Assembly: GCA_963751215.1 (NCBI GenBank)
Contig: CAVVTV010000024.1
Coordinates: 1,052,178 to 1,116,177 of the forward strand
Origin: an uncultured Thermoleophilia bacterium
GTDB lineage: Bacteria; Actinomycetota; Thermoleophilia; UBA2241
Reading direction: 5' to 3'
DNA length: 64,000 nt
A program made the translations under genes and the position numbers. The notes under the pieces are model-generated. The model did not search any database. It was not told the DNA's origin and worked only from the letters and a program-made list of their open reading frames with translations. Below, in pieces: positions 7,660 to 16,239 of the stretch (its first letter is position 1; each line of letters begins with the position of its first letter).

Positions 7660-10600
7660 TCAGGCAAGCCGCAGACACACAACCTGAAGGTCGTCCTTAA
7701 GGCTGCCCGCGAACTCGAGGGCGGCGGTCCGCACGCCGTCGGCAAACTCCTGAGCGGAGAGCCCTCTCAGCCGGCAGGCCAGGTTGGCGAGTCGCTTCTC
7801 GCCATACTGCCGACTACCGCGGCGGGCCTCGGTGACGCCGTCAGTGTAGAACAACAGGTAATCATCCAGGGAGAGCCAGAGATGCTCTTCGCGGTAGTTG
7901 CTCGGGAAGCTGCCGAGGGGAGGCCCGAACATGACCCCGAGCTGCCGGCAGGCGGAGGGAGTCACATGGACTGGAGCGGGATGGCCGGCGCTGGCGTAGA
8001 GCATGTGCCCGGTACGGGGATCGAGCACCACCATGAAGGCGGTGACGTGCGGTTCCTCGGAGTCGTAGCGCAACAAGACGTCACTAGTGTTGGCGAGGAC
8101 GAAGGCCGGAGAGGGGTTAACGGCGGCAAACGCGCGCACCGTGCTGCGCACCGTCTCGGTGTGCCCCGCTGCCTTGATGCCCTTGCCGGCCACGTCGCCG
8201 ATCAGCACCGCAATTCTACCGTCTGCCAGCTCGAAGACCTCGCTGAAGTCGCCGCCGATGAGCTCCGGCTCATAGGCCGTCTGCGAAACGATGCCAAGCT
8301 CGATGCCGGGCACGCCCGGCAGCGGGTGCTTGAAGCTCTCCTGCAGGGTCGTGGCGATGCGCTGCTGCTCTTCGTAGAGCCGGGCATTCTCGAGAGCCGA
8401 CGACATGGCACTGGCCAGCTGGCCGGCAAACTCGACGGTGCGCCGCTCGAACCTCGTAGCGGCTGCATGGCGGTTGAAGAAGACGACGCCCAGGACCTCT
8501 TCTCTGACGATCAGTGGTATGCAGAGAACGGAGCGCACGCCGAAGCGGGCTTGCACATCGGGGAAGCAGCGCGGGTCGGCCTCACAGTCGTCGATAGCGA
8601 TCGGGCGCCGCTCCGTGACCGCAGTGACGACGAACGGCACCTCGTCGGTGCTAACGCTCTCGTGGATGACCCCTGGCACCTCCGGATAGCCGTACTCGGC
8701 GACCCAGTCGTCGCCGTGCTTGAGCGCGACCATGACGCTGTCCGCCTCGACGACGGCGACAGCGCGCTCGACAACGGTCTGCATGATGGCCTTCGTATCC
8801 AGGGTCGAGTTGATCAAGCGGTTGATCTCGTTGAGGGCCGTGGCGAGGCGCGCCGCTTCAGTCTCGCGTGCGAGTAGACGCGCGTTCTCAAGGGCCAGAG
8901 AGACGGTGGCCCCGAGCTTGCGCGCGAAGTCGATCTCGGCGTCCTCGAAGTTGCGTGGCGTCTTGCCGTAGAGCAGCAGGCAGCCCATCGCCGAGCCCCT
9001 GGCTACCAGCGGCACCGCAAGCACGGACCGCACGGCATGGATGTGGACGAAACCGACGTCAAGTGACGGATCGGCGGCCATGTCGGCAATCGCAAAGGGT
9101 TCCAGGATTGCCGCGGCGCGCGTGGCGTTGGGCGCCTCCAGATCGCTCAGCCGCAGGCCGACATCGCCAGGCGAGAAGCCTGTCTGGTAGCTTACTACCC
9201 AGCAGGACTCCTCACGCATCTCGATCGCGCCGGTATCGACGGATAGAGCCCGCACGCCTTCCTCAAGGCCCCGCTGCATGATCACGTCGAGGTCGAGCTT
9301 GGAGTGCACCAAGTTGTCGATCGCGTTGAGCGCCTCGGCGAGGTCGGCGCGCAGTCTCAGCCCCTCCTCCGCCCGCAGGCGGGCTGTGACGTCGTTGAAG
9401 ATGGTCGCGAACTTGCCCGGCGAGGGAGTGTAGGCGACGACCTCATAATGCCGATCGAGAGCAATGGAGTAGTGATCGAAGGTCGCCTGGCGGCCAGTCT
9501 GCGCCACGTTGCCGCAGACCTCGATCCAGAGAGGCTCGCGGCTGGGAAGCACCTCACGAGCGGTGTGCCCGATGAGGTCATTGGCGCGCAGGCCGATGAG
9601 CTCCTCGAAAGCCCTGTTGACCTCGAGGAAACGATAGTCGACCGGGCGACCCTCCGAGTCGCTCACGATCTCGTGGACGGCGAAGCCGCTGGTCATCTCC
9701 GTGAAGAGTCTCTGATACGCGCCACGGCTGGCGGCCAAGCCCGCATTGGACGATTCGATCTCAAGCGCCTGCGCCTGCAACTCCTCGCCCTGAGAACGCA
9801 GCTCCTCGCCCTGCGTACGCAGCTCCTCGAGCGCTTGCTGATGCTCGAACTCGGCTTGCTTGCGCTCCGTGACGTCCGAGAACAAGACCGTGACTCCATC
9901 TGGGCTTGGGTAGTCTCGTTCCTCAACCCAGAGACCTAGCGGTTCGTAGTAGGCCTCGAAGGCGGCGGTCCGGCCCTCCTCCATCGCCTTCCGCTTGCTC
10001 AGCTCGAAGATGCTGCCCGCCATGTCTGGGAAGAGCGCCAGGAAGCTGCGACCGAGCAGCTCCTCCTTGGTGCGCTGGAAGTAGGCGGCCGCCCTGTCGT
10101 TCACGAACGTGAGACGCCAGCGGCGATCGAGCGTGAAGAAGGCGTCGCTGATCGTGCCCAGGATAGTGGCCAGACGCATGTGCGAATTGGCCAACTCCCG
10201 TTCAACGTACTTGCGCTCGTTGATCTGACGGTAGTAGGCGCTGACGCCTGCCGCGGTCGGGTAGATGCGCACCTCATACCAGTCTCTGTCGACGACCGAG
10301 CGATGTTCGAAGATGGAGGGCTGGCCGAGCTCCATGGCATCCCGGTAGTGAGCCGCGAGCGGGGTGTCGACCAGCTCCGGGAAGACCTCCCACGGCGTGC
10401 GGCCGAGCAGCTCTGCAAGCGACGTACCGGTCATCTTGAGGGCGGCGCTGTTGGCGTAGACGTAGCGGTACTGCCAGTCGAGTGCCAGGAAGGCCTCGTC
10501 GATCTCCTCGAGCAGGGCCCTCATCCTGATCTCGCGATGGGTGCTCTGCGGCGTGCCGGCAACCACGGCGAGACCGCTCTCAAGTGACCCCACGGGGCAC

Positions 10601-11034
10601 CCTTCGACCGCGCGCTTGACCATCCTCACGGTGAGACCCCCGTCTGGAGGCGTGTGCAGGCGCAGATCGTCCATCATTCGCGACATCATGAAGAGGCCCC
10701 GTCCGCCCATACTCATAGGGTCGGGCGCCGCCTCGGGGTCAAAAGAGGCGACGTCAAAGCCCCGGCCTCTATCCTTCACCTCGACAATCAGAGTCGCGCC
10801 GTTGATCCCGAGCGAGACCCGCATCTCCTCATCGGACCCCGAGTGAGTGATGACGTTGGCGCAGGCCTCGTCAACGCAGAGAAGCACGTCATCGACGAGA
10901 CCGTCCCCGGCGCAGTGCATGCGCAGGTAGTCGCGAATGCGCTCCCGGGCGCGCAGCAGCAACGCCGGGTCGGGGGCCAGGCGAAAGCGCAGGGACGGTG
11001 GTGAGATCTCAGGGAGGTGACTTGGTGCTGACAC
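7660..11034 (-). CDS. multidomain signalling protein: N-terminal RsbW/SpoIIAB-like HATPase (anti-sigma Ser kinase) - PAS x3 with coiled-coil - GAF x2 - C-terminal PP2C (SpoIIE/RsbU-type) phosphatase
   Basis: 1124-aa ORF with GTG start. N-terminus LRMHCAGDGLVDDVLLCVDEACANVITHSG...GRGLFMMSRMMDDL...GGLTVRMVKRA (HATPase_c of anti-sigma kinases). PAS-like segments, EELRTQGEELRSQGEELQAQ coiled coil, two GAF domains. C-terminus GDFSEV...VLIGDVAGKGIKAAG...YASAGHPAP...YTDGVTEAR (PP2C). Confidence 0.85.
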   Translation of the reverse strand: MSAPSHLPEISPPSLRFRLAPDPALLLRARERIRDYLRMHCAGDGLVDDVLLCVDEACANVITHSGSDEEMRVSLGINGATLIVEVKDRGRGFDVASFDPEAAPDPMSMGGRGLFMMSRMMDDLRLHTPPDGGLTVRMVKRAVEGCPVGSLESGLAVVAGTPQSTHREIRMRALLEEIDEAFLALDWQYRYVYANSAALKMTGTSLAELLGRTPWEVFPELVDTPLAAHYRDAMELGQPSIFEHRSVVDRDWYEVRIYPTAAGVSAYYRQINERKYVERELANSHMRLATILGTISDAFFTLDRRWRLTFVNDRAAAYFQRTKEELLGRSFLALFPDMAGSIFELSKRKAMEEGRTAAFEAYYEPLGLWVEERDYPSPDGVTVLFSDVTERKQAEFEHQQALEELRTQGEELRSQGEELQAQALEIESSNAGLAASRGAYQRLFTEMTSGFAVHEIVSDSEGRPVDYRFLEVNRAFEELIGLRANDLIGHTAREVLPSREPLWIEVCGNVAQTGRQATFDHYSIALDRHYEVVAYTPSPGKFATIFNDVTARLRAEEGLRLRADLAEALNAIDNLVHSKLDLDVIMQRGLEEGVRALSVDTGAIEMREESCWVVSYQTGFSPGDVGLRLSDLEAPNATRAAAILEPFAIADMAADPSLDVGFVHIHAVRSVLAVPLVARGSAMGCLLLYGKTPRNFEDAEIDFARKLGATVSLALENARLLARETEAARLATALNEINRLINSTLDTKAIMQTVVERAVAVVEADSVMVALKHGDDWVAEYGYPEVPGVIHESVSTDEVPFVVTAVTERRPIAIDDCEADPRCFPDVQARFGVRSVLCIPLIVREEVLGVVFFNRHAAATRFERRTVEFAGQLASAMSSALENARLYEEQQRIATTLQESFKHPLPGVPGIELGIVSQTAYEPELIGGDFSEVFELADGRIAVLIGDVAGKGIKAAGHTETVRSTVRAFAAVNPSPAFVLANTSDVLLRYDSEEPHVTAFMVVLDPRTGHMLYASAGHPAPVHVTPSACRQLGVMFGPPLGSFPSNYREEHLWLSLDDYLLFYTDGVTEARRGSRQYGEKRLANLACRLRGLSAQEFADGVRTAALEFAGSLKDDLQVVCLRLA

Positions 11035-11083
11035 ATGACCTCGCAGGCAAGATGACCAGAGCGCGAGCCCCGCGGGAACTGTT

Positions 11084-14000
11084 CTACCCAGCAGCCTGCT
11101 GCCTCAGCCTCTCGTTGTCGACGGCCAGGGCAACCAAGGCGGCGATCTTGGCGGCGAAGTCGATTTGCGCCTCGGAGAAGGCCATCGAGATAACCTTCCA
11201 ATTGAACAGCAACACGCCGACCACGCTGCCGGCAACCACGAGTGGGGCAGCGAGCACCGAGCTCAGCCCCAGTGTCTTCAGCACCTTCGCAGAGACGCCC
11301 TCTGGGCTACTGCCCAGGCTTATCGCCACCGGCAAGCGCGTCTCCGCGGCCAGCACCGCATGCGGAAACTCGGCATCGGAGAAACGAGCTCCTGCGGCGC
11401 TGGGCGGCAGGTTGTGGCTGTGGCGCGCGACCCAAACCGCATCCTCGCGAACGGCGACCGTGGCGGAGTCGGCGCCCAGCGTGGCGCTGGCCTCCTGCAG
11501 CAGCCCGGGCAGAGCGGCAGCCGGCGTCTGGTTTGCGGCAAAGCCGGCGAGAACGCGGTTCACACTCTCGTTCATCGTCAAGGAGATCTGGATCTGCTCC
11601 AGGCTGCGATGCAGCTCGTCGATGTCGAGGAAGGTGAGCACAGCGCCGTCAACGCGCCTCTCTGCCGTCTGGAAGGGCCGCACCCGCAGGGTGTACCAGC
11701 GCCCGGCGGCGTCTCGCACCTCGCGCACCACCGTCGTCGCGTTCTCGATCACCTCGCCGAGAAGCTCTCGCAGGTCGGGGACGACCAGGCCGCTCGAGAT
11801 GTCGGTGACGGGCCGCCCCACGTCTGTGGCGATCAGGTTGAGCACCGCCTCGGTACCCGGCGTGAAGCGCCGAATGGTGAGATCGCGGCCGACGATCACT
11901 GTGGGTACACTCATGGCGCGCAGCAGGTTGCTGACGTCGTCGTAGGCGCCCGCCAGCTGCTGGTTGCGGCTCACGAGCTCCTCGTTGACGGTGCGCAGCT
12001 CCTCGTTTGTTGACTGCAGCTCCTCCTTGGCGGTCTCGAGCTCTTCGTTGATGCTCTGCAACTCCTCGTTTGTAGACTGGATCTCCTCGTTGGCGGCGCG
12101 CAGCTCCTCGTTACTCTTCTCTCGCTGCTGAATGACCGACTGCAGGTAGACCTGGGTAGAGGCACGCTCGCGTCTGAGGGCGAGGATCTCCTGCCTTTCC
12201 GCACCGCTTGGCGGGCTCGTCTCCGGCGAGGCTTCGATCGCCTCCCGGTGAGGCGTCATGAAGAGCACCAGCACGTGCTCTTGATCGGGCGGTCCGGCGA
12301 GCGGCACGGCCTCCAGGTCGACCATCTGACCGGCCTCGGTACCGTGCACGGCGACGCCGGCTTCGCTCTGCGCGCTGGCCTCATGGCGCACGCGCTCGAC
12401 GAGCTCGCGCAGGGGTGCCGAGAGGCCTTCGCGAGCCATGGCGAGCAGGTTGAGCGTAGCGCGCCCAGCGGCATGCTGCAGGTAGGGGTCCGTGTCGCCG
12501 AAGAACTGCACGATCTCAAGGCGGTGATCGACCACTACGGCCGGTGGCGTGAAGTCGGTGAGCAGGGTGTGGGCGGCCGCCTCGAGCGGGTCGGGGTATG
12601 CCACGGAACCCGGCTCGCCGATCGGCTCCACTCGGGGCTCACCGCGATGCTCGAGGATCGCCGGGAAGGGGTAGGCGAACTCGATCGGCAGGCGCGGTGG
12701 CACGTCGTTCTTGACGAAGATCTTGTTGCGATTGTCGATCACGGTGAAGAGATCTCCGGCGGCGCCGAGCGATTCTGAGAGCCCCAGCATGAGGAAGGCG
12801 CCGGGCAGCAGGGCGTAGTGCAACATCGGTAGCACGCGCTCCTGTAACACGCGGCCGAGGTAGATGAGCACGTTGCGACAGACGATCAGGTCGAGCCGTG
12901 AAAAGGGCGGGTCGCGAGTGACGTCGTGGCGGGCGAAGACGCACATGTCGCGAATAGCTCGGTCGATCTGGTAAGCACCGTCGGTGCGCGTCAAGAAGCG
13001 CTCGCGCAGGTCGGCGGGTATGGACGCCACGCGGCTCTCCGGGTACTCTCCCGCCCGCGCCAGCGCCAGCTCACGTTCGTTGATGTCGGTAGCAAGGATC
13101 TTGATGGGGAACCGGTTTCCGGCTCCCTGCATGGCCTCGGCCAGCACCATGGCGAGGCTGTAGGGCTCCTCGCCGGCGGCGCAGCCGGGCACCCAAACGC
13201 GCACCTCGCGGCCGGGATCGCGACCGGCAAGAAGAGCAGGCAAGACGTGCTCTTTGAGACCCTCGTAGGTCTCTGGCTCGCGGAAGAAGTCGGTCACCAT
13301 CACCAGAATGTCGTGATAGAGCTCGTCGAGCTCACCGCGGTCGACGGCGATGAGATTGGCATACGCATGGCGCGAGTCGAGGCGCTGCAGGACCATACGC
13401 CGTTCGATGCGCCGGCTGACCGTGCCGCTCTTGTAGCCCGCGAAGTCGACGCCAAAAGCCTCGCGCAGGGCGATGAGGATGCGCGTCGTGTCGTCGTCCG
13501 TGCGGGCCGTCGGGGCTGATTTCTTGCCAGCGGACTCGCTCACATAGGGGTGTCCGCCGAGGCGCACGAGCTCCCCGGCGATCTGCCCGGGCGCCAGCAC
13601 CTTGTCGGCGACACGGGCGTGGATCGCGCTCGAGGGCATGCCGTCGAAGCGTGCGGTAGCCGGGTCCTGGGCGAAGGCGATGCCGCCTGCGCCTTTGACG
13701 GCAGCGAGGCCCAGCGTGCCGTCGGTGCCCACGCCCGAAAGCACTACGCCGATCGCCCTTTCCCCGAGGTCTTGCGCGAGCGATTTGAGGAACTGATCGA
13801 TGACCAGATGCCGGGCGCTGGGTTCAAGGCGCTCCAGCAGATCGAGGTGGCCATGGTATATCACCATGTCGACGCCGGGCGGGATGACGTAGACATGATC
13901 GGGTTGCACGGCCATGCGGTTCTCGACCTTGACGACCGGCATGGCCGTGTGCCGAGCGAGAAGCTCGGGCAGGATGCTGCTGTGCTGCGGCGCCAGATGC

Positions 14001-14143
14001 TGCACCAGGACGAGCGCCACCCCGGGGCTCTGCGGTAGCTTGTCGAGCAGGGCGGAGACCGCCTCGAGGCCACCCGCGGAGGCGCCTATACCAACGACGG
14101 GGAAGCGCATCGTTACGCCGCGCTTCTGTTTCGCTGTTGCCAT
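11084..14143 (-). CDS. CheB methylesterase - CheR methyltransferase - coiled-coil - PAS - GAF fusion protein
   Basis: ORF 11084..14167. ATG at 14143 (MATAKQ), alternative 14110. VVGIGASAGGLEA (CheB-type), VWVPGCAAGEEPYSLAMVL with MVTDFFREPETYE (CheR SAM methyltransferase), heptad NEELQSTNEELRTVNEEL block, PAS, C-terminal GAF. 50-bp gap to 7660..11034 on the same strand. Confidence 0.8.
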   Translation of the reverse strand: MATAKQKRGVTMRFPVVGIGASAGGLEAVSALLDKLPQSPGVALVLVQHLAPQHSSILPELLARHTAMPVVKVENRMAVQPDHVYVIPPGVDMVIYHGHLDLLERLEPSARHLVIDQFLKSLAQDLGERAIGVVLSGVGTDGTLGLAAVKGAGGIAFAQDPATARFDGMPSSAIHARVADKVLAPGQIAGELVRLGGHPYVSESAGKKSAPTARTDDDTTRILIALREAFGVDFAGYKSGTVSRRIERRMVLQRLDSRHAYANLIAVDRGELDELYHDILVMVTDFFREPETYEGLKEHVLPALLAGRDPGREVRVWVPGCAAGEEPYSLAMVLAEAMQGAGNRFPIKILATDINERELALARAGEYPESRVASIPADLRERFLTRTDGAYQIDRAIRDMCVFARHDVTRDPPFSRLDLIVCRNVLIYLGRVLQERVLPMLHYALLPGAFLMLGLSESLGAAGDLFTVIDNRNKIFVKNDVPPRLPIEFAYPFPAILEHRGEPRVEPIGEPGSVAYPDPLEAAAHTLLTDFTPPAVVVDHRLEIVQFFGDTDPYLQHAAGRATLNLLAMAREGLSAPLRELVERVRHEASAQSEAGVAVHGTEAGQMVDLEAVPLAGPPDQEHVLVLFMTPHREAIEASPETSPPSGAERQEILALRRERASTQVYLQSVIQQREKSNEELRAANEEIQSTNEELQSINEELETAKEELQSTNEELRTVNEELVSRNQQLAGAYDDVSNLLRAMSVPTVIVGRDLTIRRFTPGTEAVLNLIATDVGRPVTDISSGLVVPDLRELLGEVIENATTVVREVRDAAGRWYTLRVRPFQTAERRVDGAVLTFLDIDELHRSLEQIQISLTMNESVNRVLAGFAANQTPAAALPGLLQEASATLGADSATVAVREDAVWVARHSHNLPPSAAGARFSDAEFPHAVLAAETRLPVAISLGSSPEGVSAKVLKTLGLSSVLAAPLVVAGSVVGVLLFNWKVISMAFSEAQIDFAAKIAALVALAVDNERLRQQAAG

Positions 14144-14261
14144 GAGCCTACCTTCGGGGTCGATCACATTCTAGCCCCTCGAGGGTCGGCACGCGGCCGG
14201 CGTCGTTATAGAGGTCTGCCGGCAGCATCTCCTCAACTGATGCCAACGCCTTTGACTCAGC

Positions 14262-14320
14262 CGCCTGGCGGGTACATACATCTTCGCGGTGCCACGAGGT
14301 GGGGCCGAGTGTTCGTAGCG
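14262..14320. promoter_or_regulatory. conserved ~55-nt non-coding motif, copy 1 (ACGAGGTGGGGCCGAGTGTTCGTAGCGCGACGCAGCGCACGCCTGGTACG)
   Basis: About 85% identical to 42243..42300. Lies about 120-180 nt upstream of the CheBR-PAS-GAF start on the minus strand. Coordinates are approximate (+/-2). Confidence 0.5.
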
Positions 14321-14581
14321 CGACGCAGCGCACGCCTGGTACGCAGAAGCAGTCGACCCGGTGCAGCGAGCCCTCGTTGCCAGCTCAGCCCCCCTCGGCG
14401 CGCCTCTTCTTGGCCCCCCATACCCTCTGCTGGACGAGGCCTCGCCTACTGCTGCTCTTACTCGTCGTGCGAGAAGATGGGACAACCTTCACCAGCGACG
14501 CTCCCATGCCACGGAAAGCCACGATTGCCGCCCTCACCTGGTGGGAAGACATCGGCAGTCGCATCACCCGAGGAGGACGTC

Positions 14582-14794
14582 ATGGGCGCATCGCACACCG
14601 AAGAGCATCGCCTGGAGGCGCGCTGGGGCACGAGAAGCTGCGCGCTCTGCGGGGCCACGATTATCCTCGGCCAGCCCTACACGAAGACGCACATCAAGGG
14701 TCGCCGAGTATCGCTCTGTTACGCCTGCGCGACCGAGCCGCGGTCGCTCCTGCGCTCGGCAGAGCCAGGCCAGCGGCTCGCGCGAGCGGCGTAA
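14582..14794 (+). CDS. small zinc-ribbon protein (CxxC...CxxC), hypothetical
   Basis: Frame of ORF 14240..14794 trimmed to the ATG with GAGGAGG RBS. 70 aa, SCALCG...CYAC. Followed directly by hairpins. Confidence 0.45.
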   Translation: MGASHTEEHRLEARWGTRSCALCGATIILGQPYTKTHIKGRRVSLCYACATEPRSLLRSAEPGQRLARAA

Positions 14795-14812
14795 GCGAAA
14801 AGCATGAGCTAG

Positions 14813-14908
14813 TGCGGACCCCCCCTTGTCCGCACATCCGCTCAGCGGTTCCCCCACCGCTGAGCTCCAGGCAAGGGCCTGTTGCCGGTTGCCATGGCGA
14901 CAGGCCCT
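14813..14908. terminator. cluster of three GC-rich hairpins (8-bp, 9-bp and 9-bp stems) between convergent small ORFs
   Basis: GTGCGGAC-cccccct-GTCCGCAC; GCTCAGCGG-ttccccca-CCGCTGAGC; AGGGCCTGT-17 nt-ACAGGCCCT, each read directly. Positions +/-2. Confidence 0.6.
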
Positions 14909-14958
14909 TCGCATGTGCTCCACCGGCATGGCAAGGGCGCGGTTCCGGTGAGGTCGGT

Positions 14959-15135
14959 TTAGGCCTTCAGCGTGAGCGGCTGTCCGCAGCAGGTCACGGG
15001 CTCCGTGCAGGAACAGGTGCCGGAACCGCCGTCGTAGTCTTCGCCGGCGTCGCAGGAACGCATCACCTTGAGCTCCAGGCCGCAGGTTCCGCAGACGTAG
15101 GTCTCGCCCGGCTTCATCTCGTGACAGATCGCCAT
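14959..15135 (-). CDS. 58-aa Cys-rich small protein (8 Cys), hypothetical metal-binding
   Basis: Not in ORF track (<60 aa). MAICHEMKPGETYVCGTCGLELKVMRSCDAGEDYDGGSGTCSCTEPVTCCGQPLTLKA. ATG preceded by GGGAGAAGG RBS. Frame verified against neighbouring track ORF 14564..15187. Confidence 0.45.
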   Translation of the reverse strand: MAICHEMKPGETYVCGTCGLELKVMRSCDAGEDYDGGSGTCSCTEPVTCCGQPLTLKA

Positions 15136-15404
15136 GCCTTCTCCCTTTCGACGGCTGCCGGCGAGGCGCGCGGGCAGCTTCCCACAACGCCTACAATGCC
15201 CACGCAGGCGGGCCGTGAGGCGACGCTGCCGTCTCTCCCAGGACCGGCCGCCTCTGACTTGAGATGGCAGGTCGTTCTGGCCTTTGATTCAAGGCCCCAC
15301 CGGCGGCGGTCGCCCGTGCAACGGAACCCTCGCACTTGAAGACCCGCGACAACGGGCACAGTCAGCCGTGAAGGCCGCTGGTAACTGTGAATCGGGGAGT
15401 CGTC

Positions 15405-16061
15405 ATGGGTACAGGGCTTGCTCGCCTCACCGAAGAGGAGACCGACGAAGAGGTGCTAACGCCCCTTGCCGCTGTGCCGACCAGCACGGCTCCCACCGAG
15501 GCGCAGGACATCGCCGGCGACCAAGCCAACGAGACAGAGCCGACCGTGGGACCTCGGCAAGGCTTGGACCTGGCAGATCACCCGGCGGCGCCCCCGCTCG
15601 CAGCGCCGCCGGCCGCCGGCCTCGCGCTCTCGGGCCAGCGTCGCCGGCGCGCCGTCGAGCTCTGCTGCGTGCTAGCCCTGCTCGGCAGCGTAGCGACCGC
15701 GGGACTGCTCGCCTGGAGTGCTGTCGAGGCAGTGTCGAGCCCCACGCACTTCCGCACCGTGCTGACCATGAGCTCGAGTGACCGGCGGGGCGCCGGCGGT
15801 AGCATGGTCAGCTCCCCCTTCTTGACCTACAACGATGTCCGCGTGCTGCTCTCTACCCCACACAGCGGCTCGCCGGCTCACCTTAGCGGGCTCATCGTCG
15901 CGCTCAATCAGGCCAACGCCTCGAGGCCGCCGACCAGCAAGACCATAACGCTGAGCACCACGGCCGCGGCGACCGTGACCGGGCTTGGGGGCCTCTATGA
16001 GCTGCGCATCACTACGCCCGGTCGGCGACGCTGGTCGCTCGCCATTCAGACGCCGTCGTGA
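15405..16061 (+). CDS. hypothetical membrane-anchored protein (acidic N-terminus, one TM, Ser/Thr-rich C-terminus)
   Basis: ORF 15387..16061. ATG 15405 with GGGGAG RBS. Hydrophobic segment LCCVLALLGSVATAGLLAW. Confidence 0.4.
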   Translation: MGTGLARLTEEETDEEVLTPLAAVPTSTAPTEAQDIAGDQANETEPTVGPRQGLDLADHPAAPPLAAPPAAGLALSGQRRRRAVELCCVLALLGSVATAGLLAWSAVEAVSSPTHFRTVLTMSSSDRRGAGGSMVSSPFLTYNDVRVLLSTPHSGSPAHLSGLIVALNQANASRPPTSKTITLSTTAAATVTGLGGLYELRITTPGRRRWSLAIQTPS

Positions 16062-16239
16062 CGCCAAGCCGTGGCGGCGCCGACCGGCGGACCGCCGGGA
16101 GGCGGCCCGCCGTCCAGCGCTACGCCACGACTCTCACCCGCGCACCGGCAGTCGTGTTGCGCCTGGCTTGCGCTGGGCAGCGGTAACGGTAGTGTGCGGT
16201 GCGCCTGCGGCTCACCACACCTTAGCCCGCCTGCGGTGG

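Noticed and set aside
14299-15339. 346-aa plus-strand ORF across the small-ORF/hairpin region
   Set aside because: It spans three terminator-like hairpins and two better-supported small convergent ORFs. The sequence is low-complexity.
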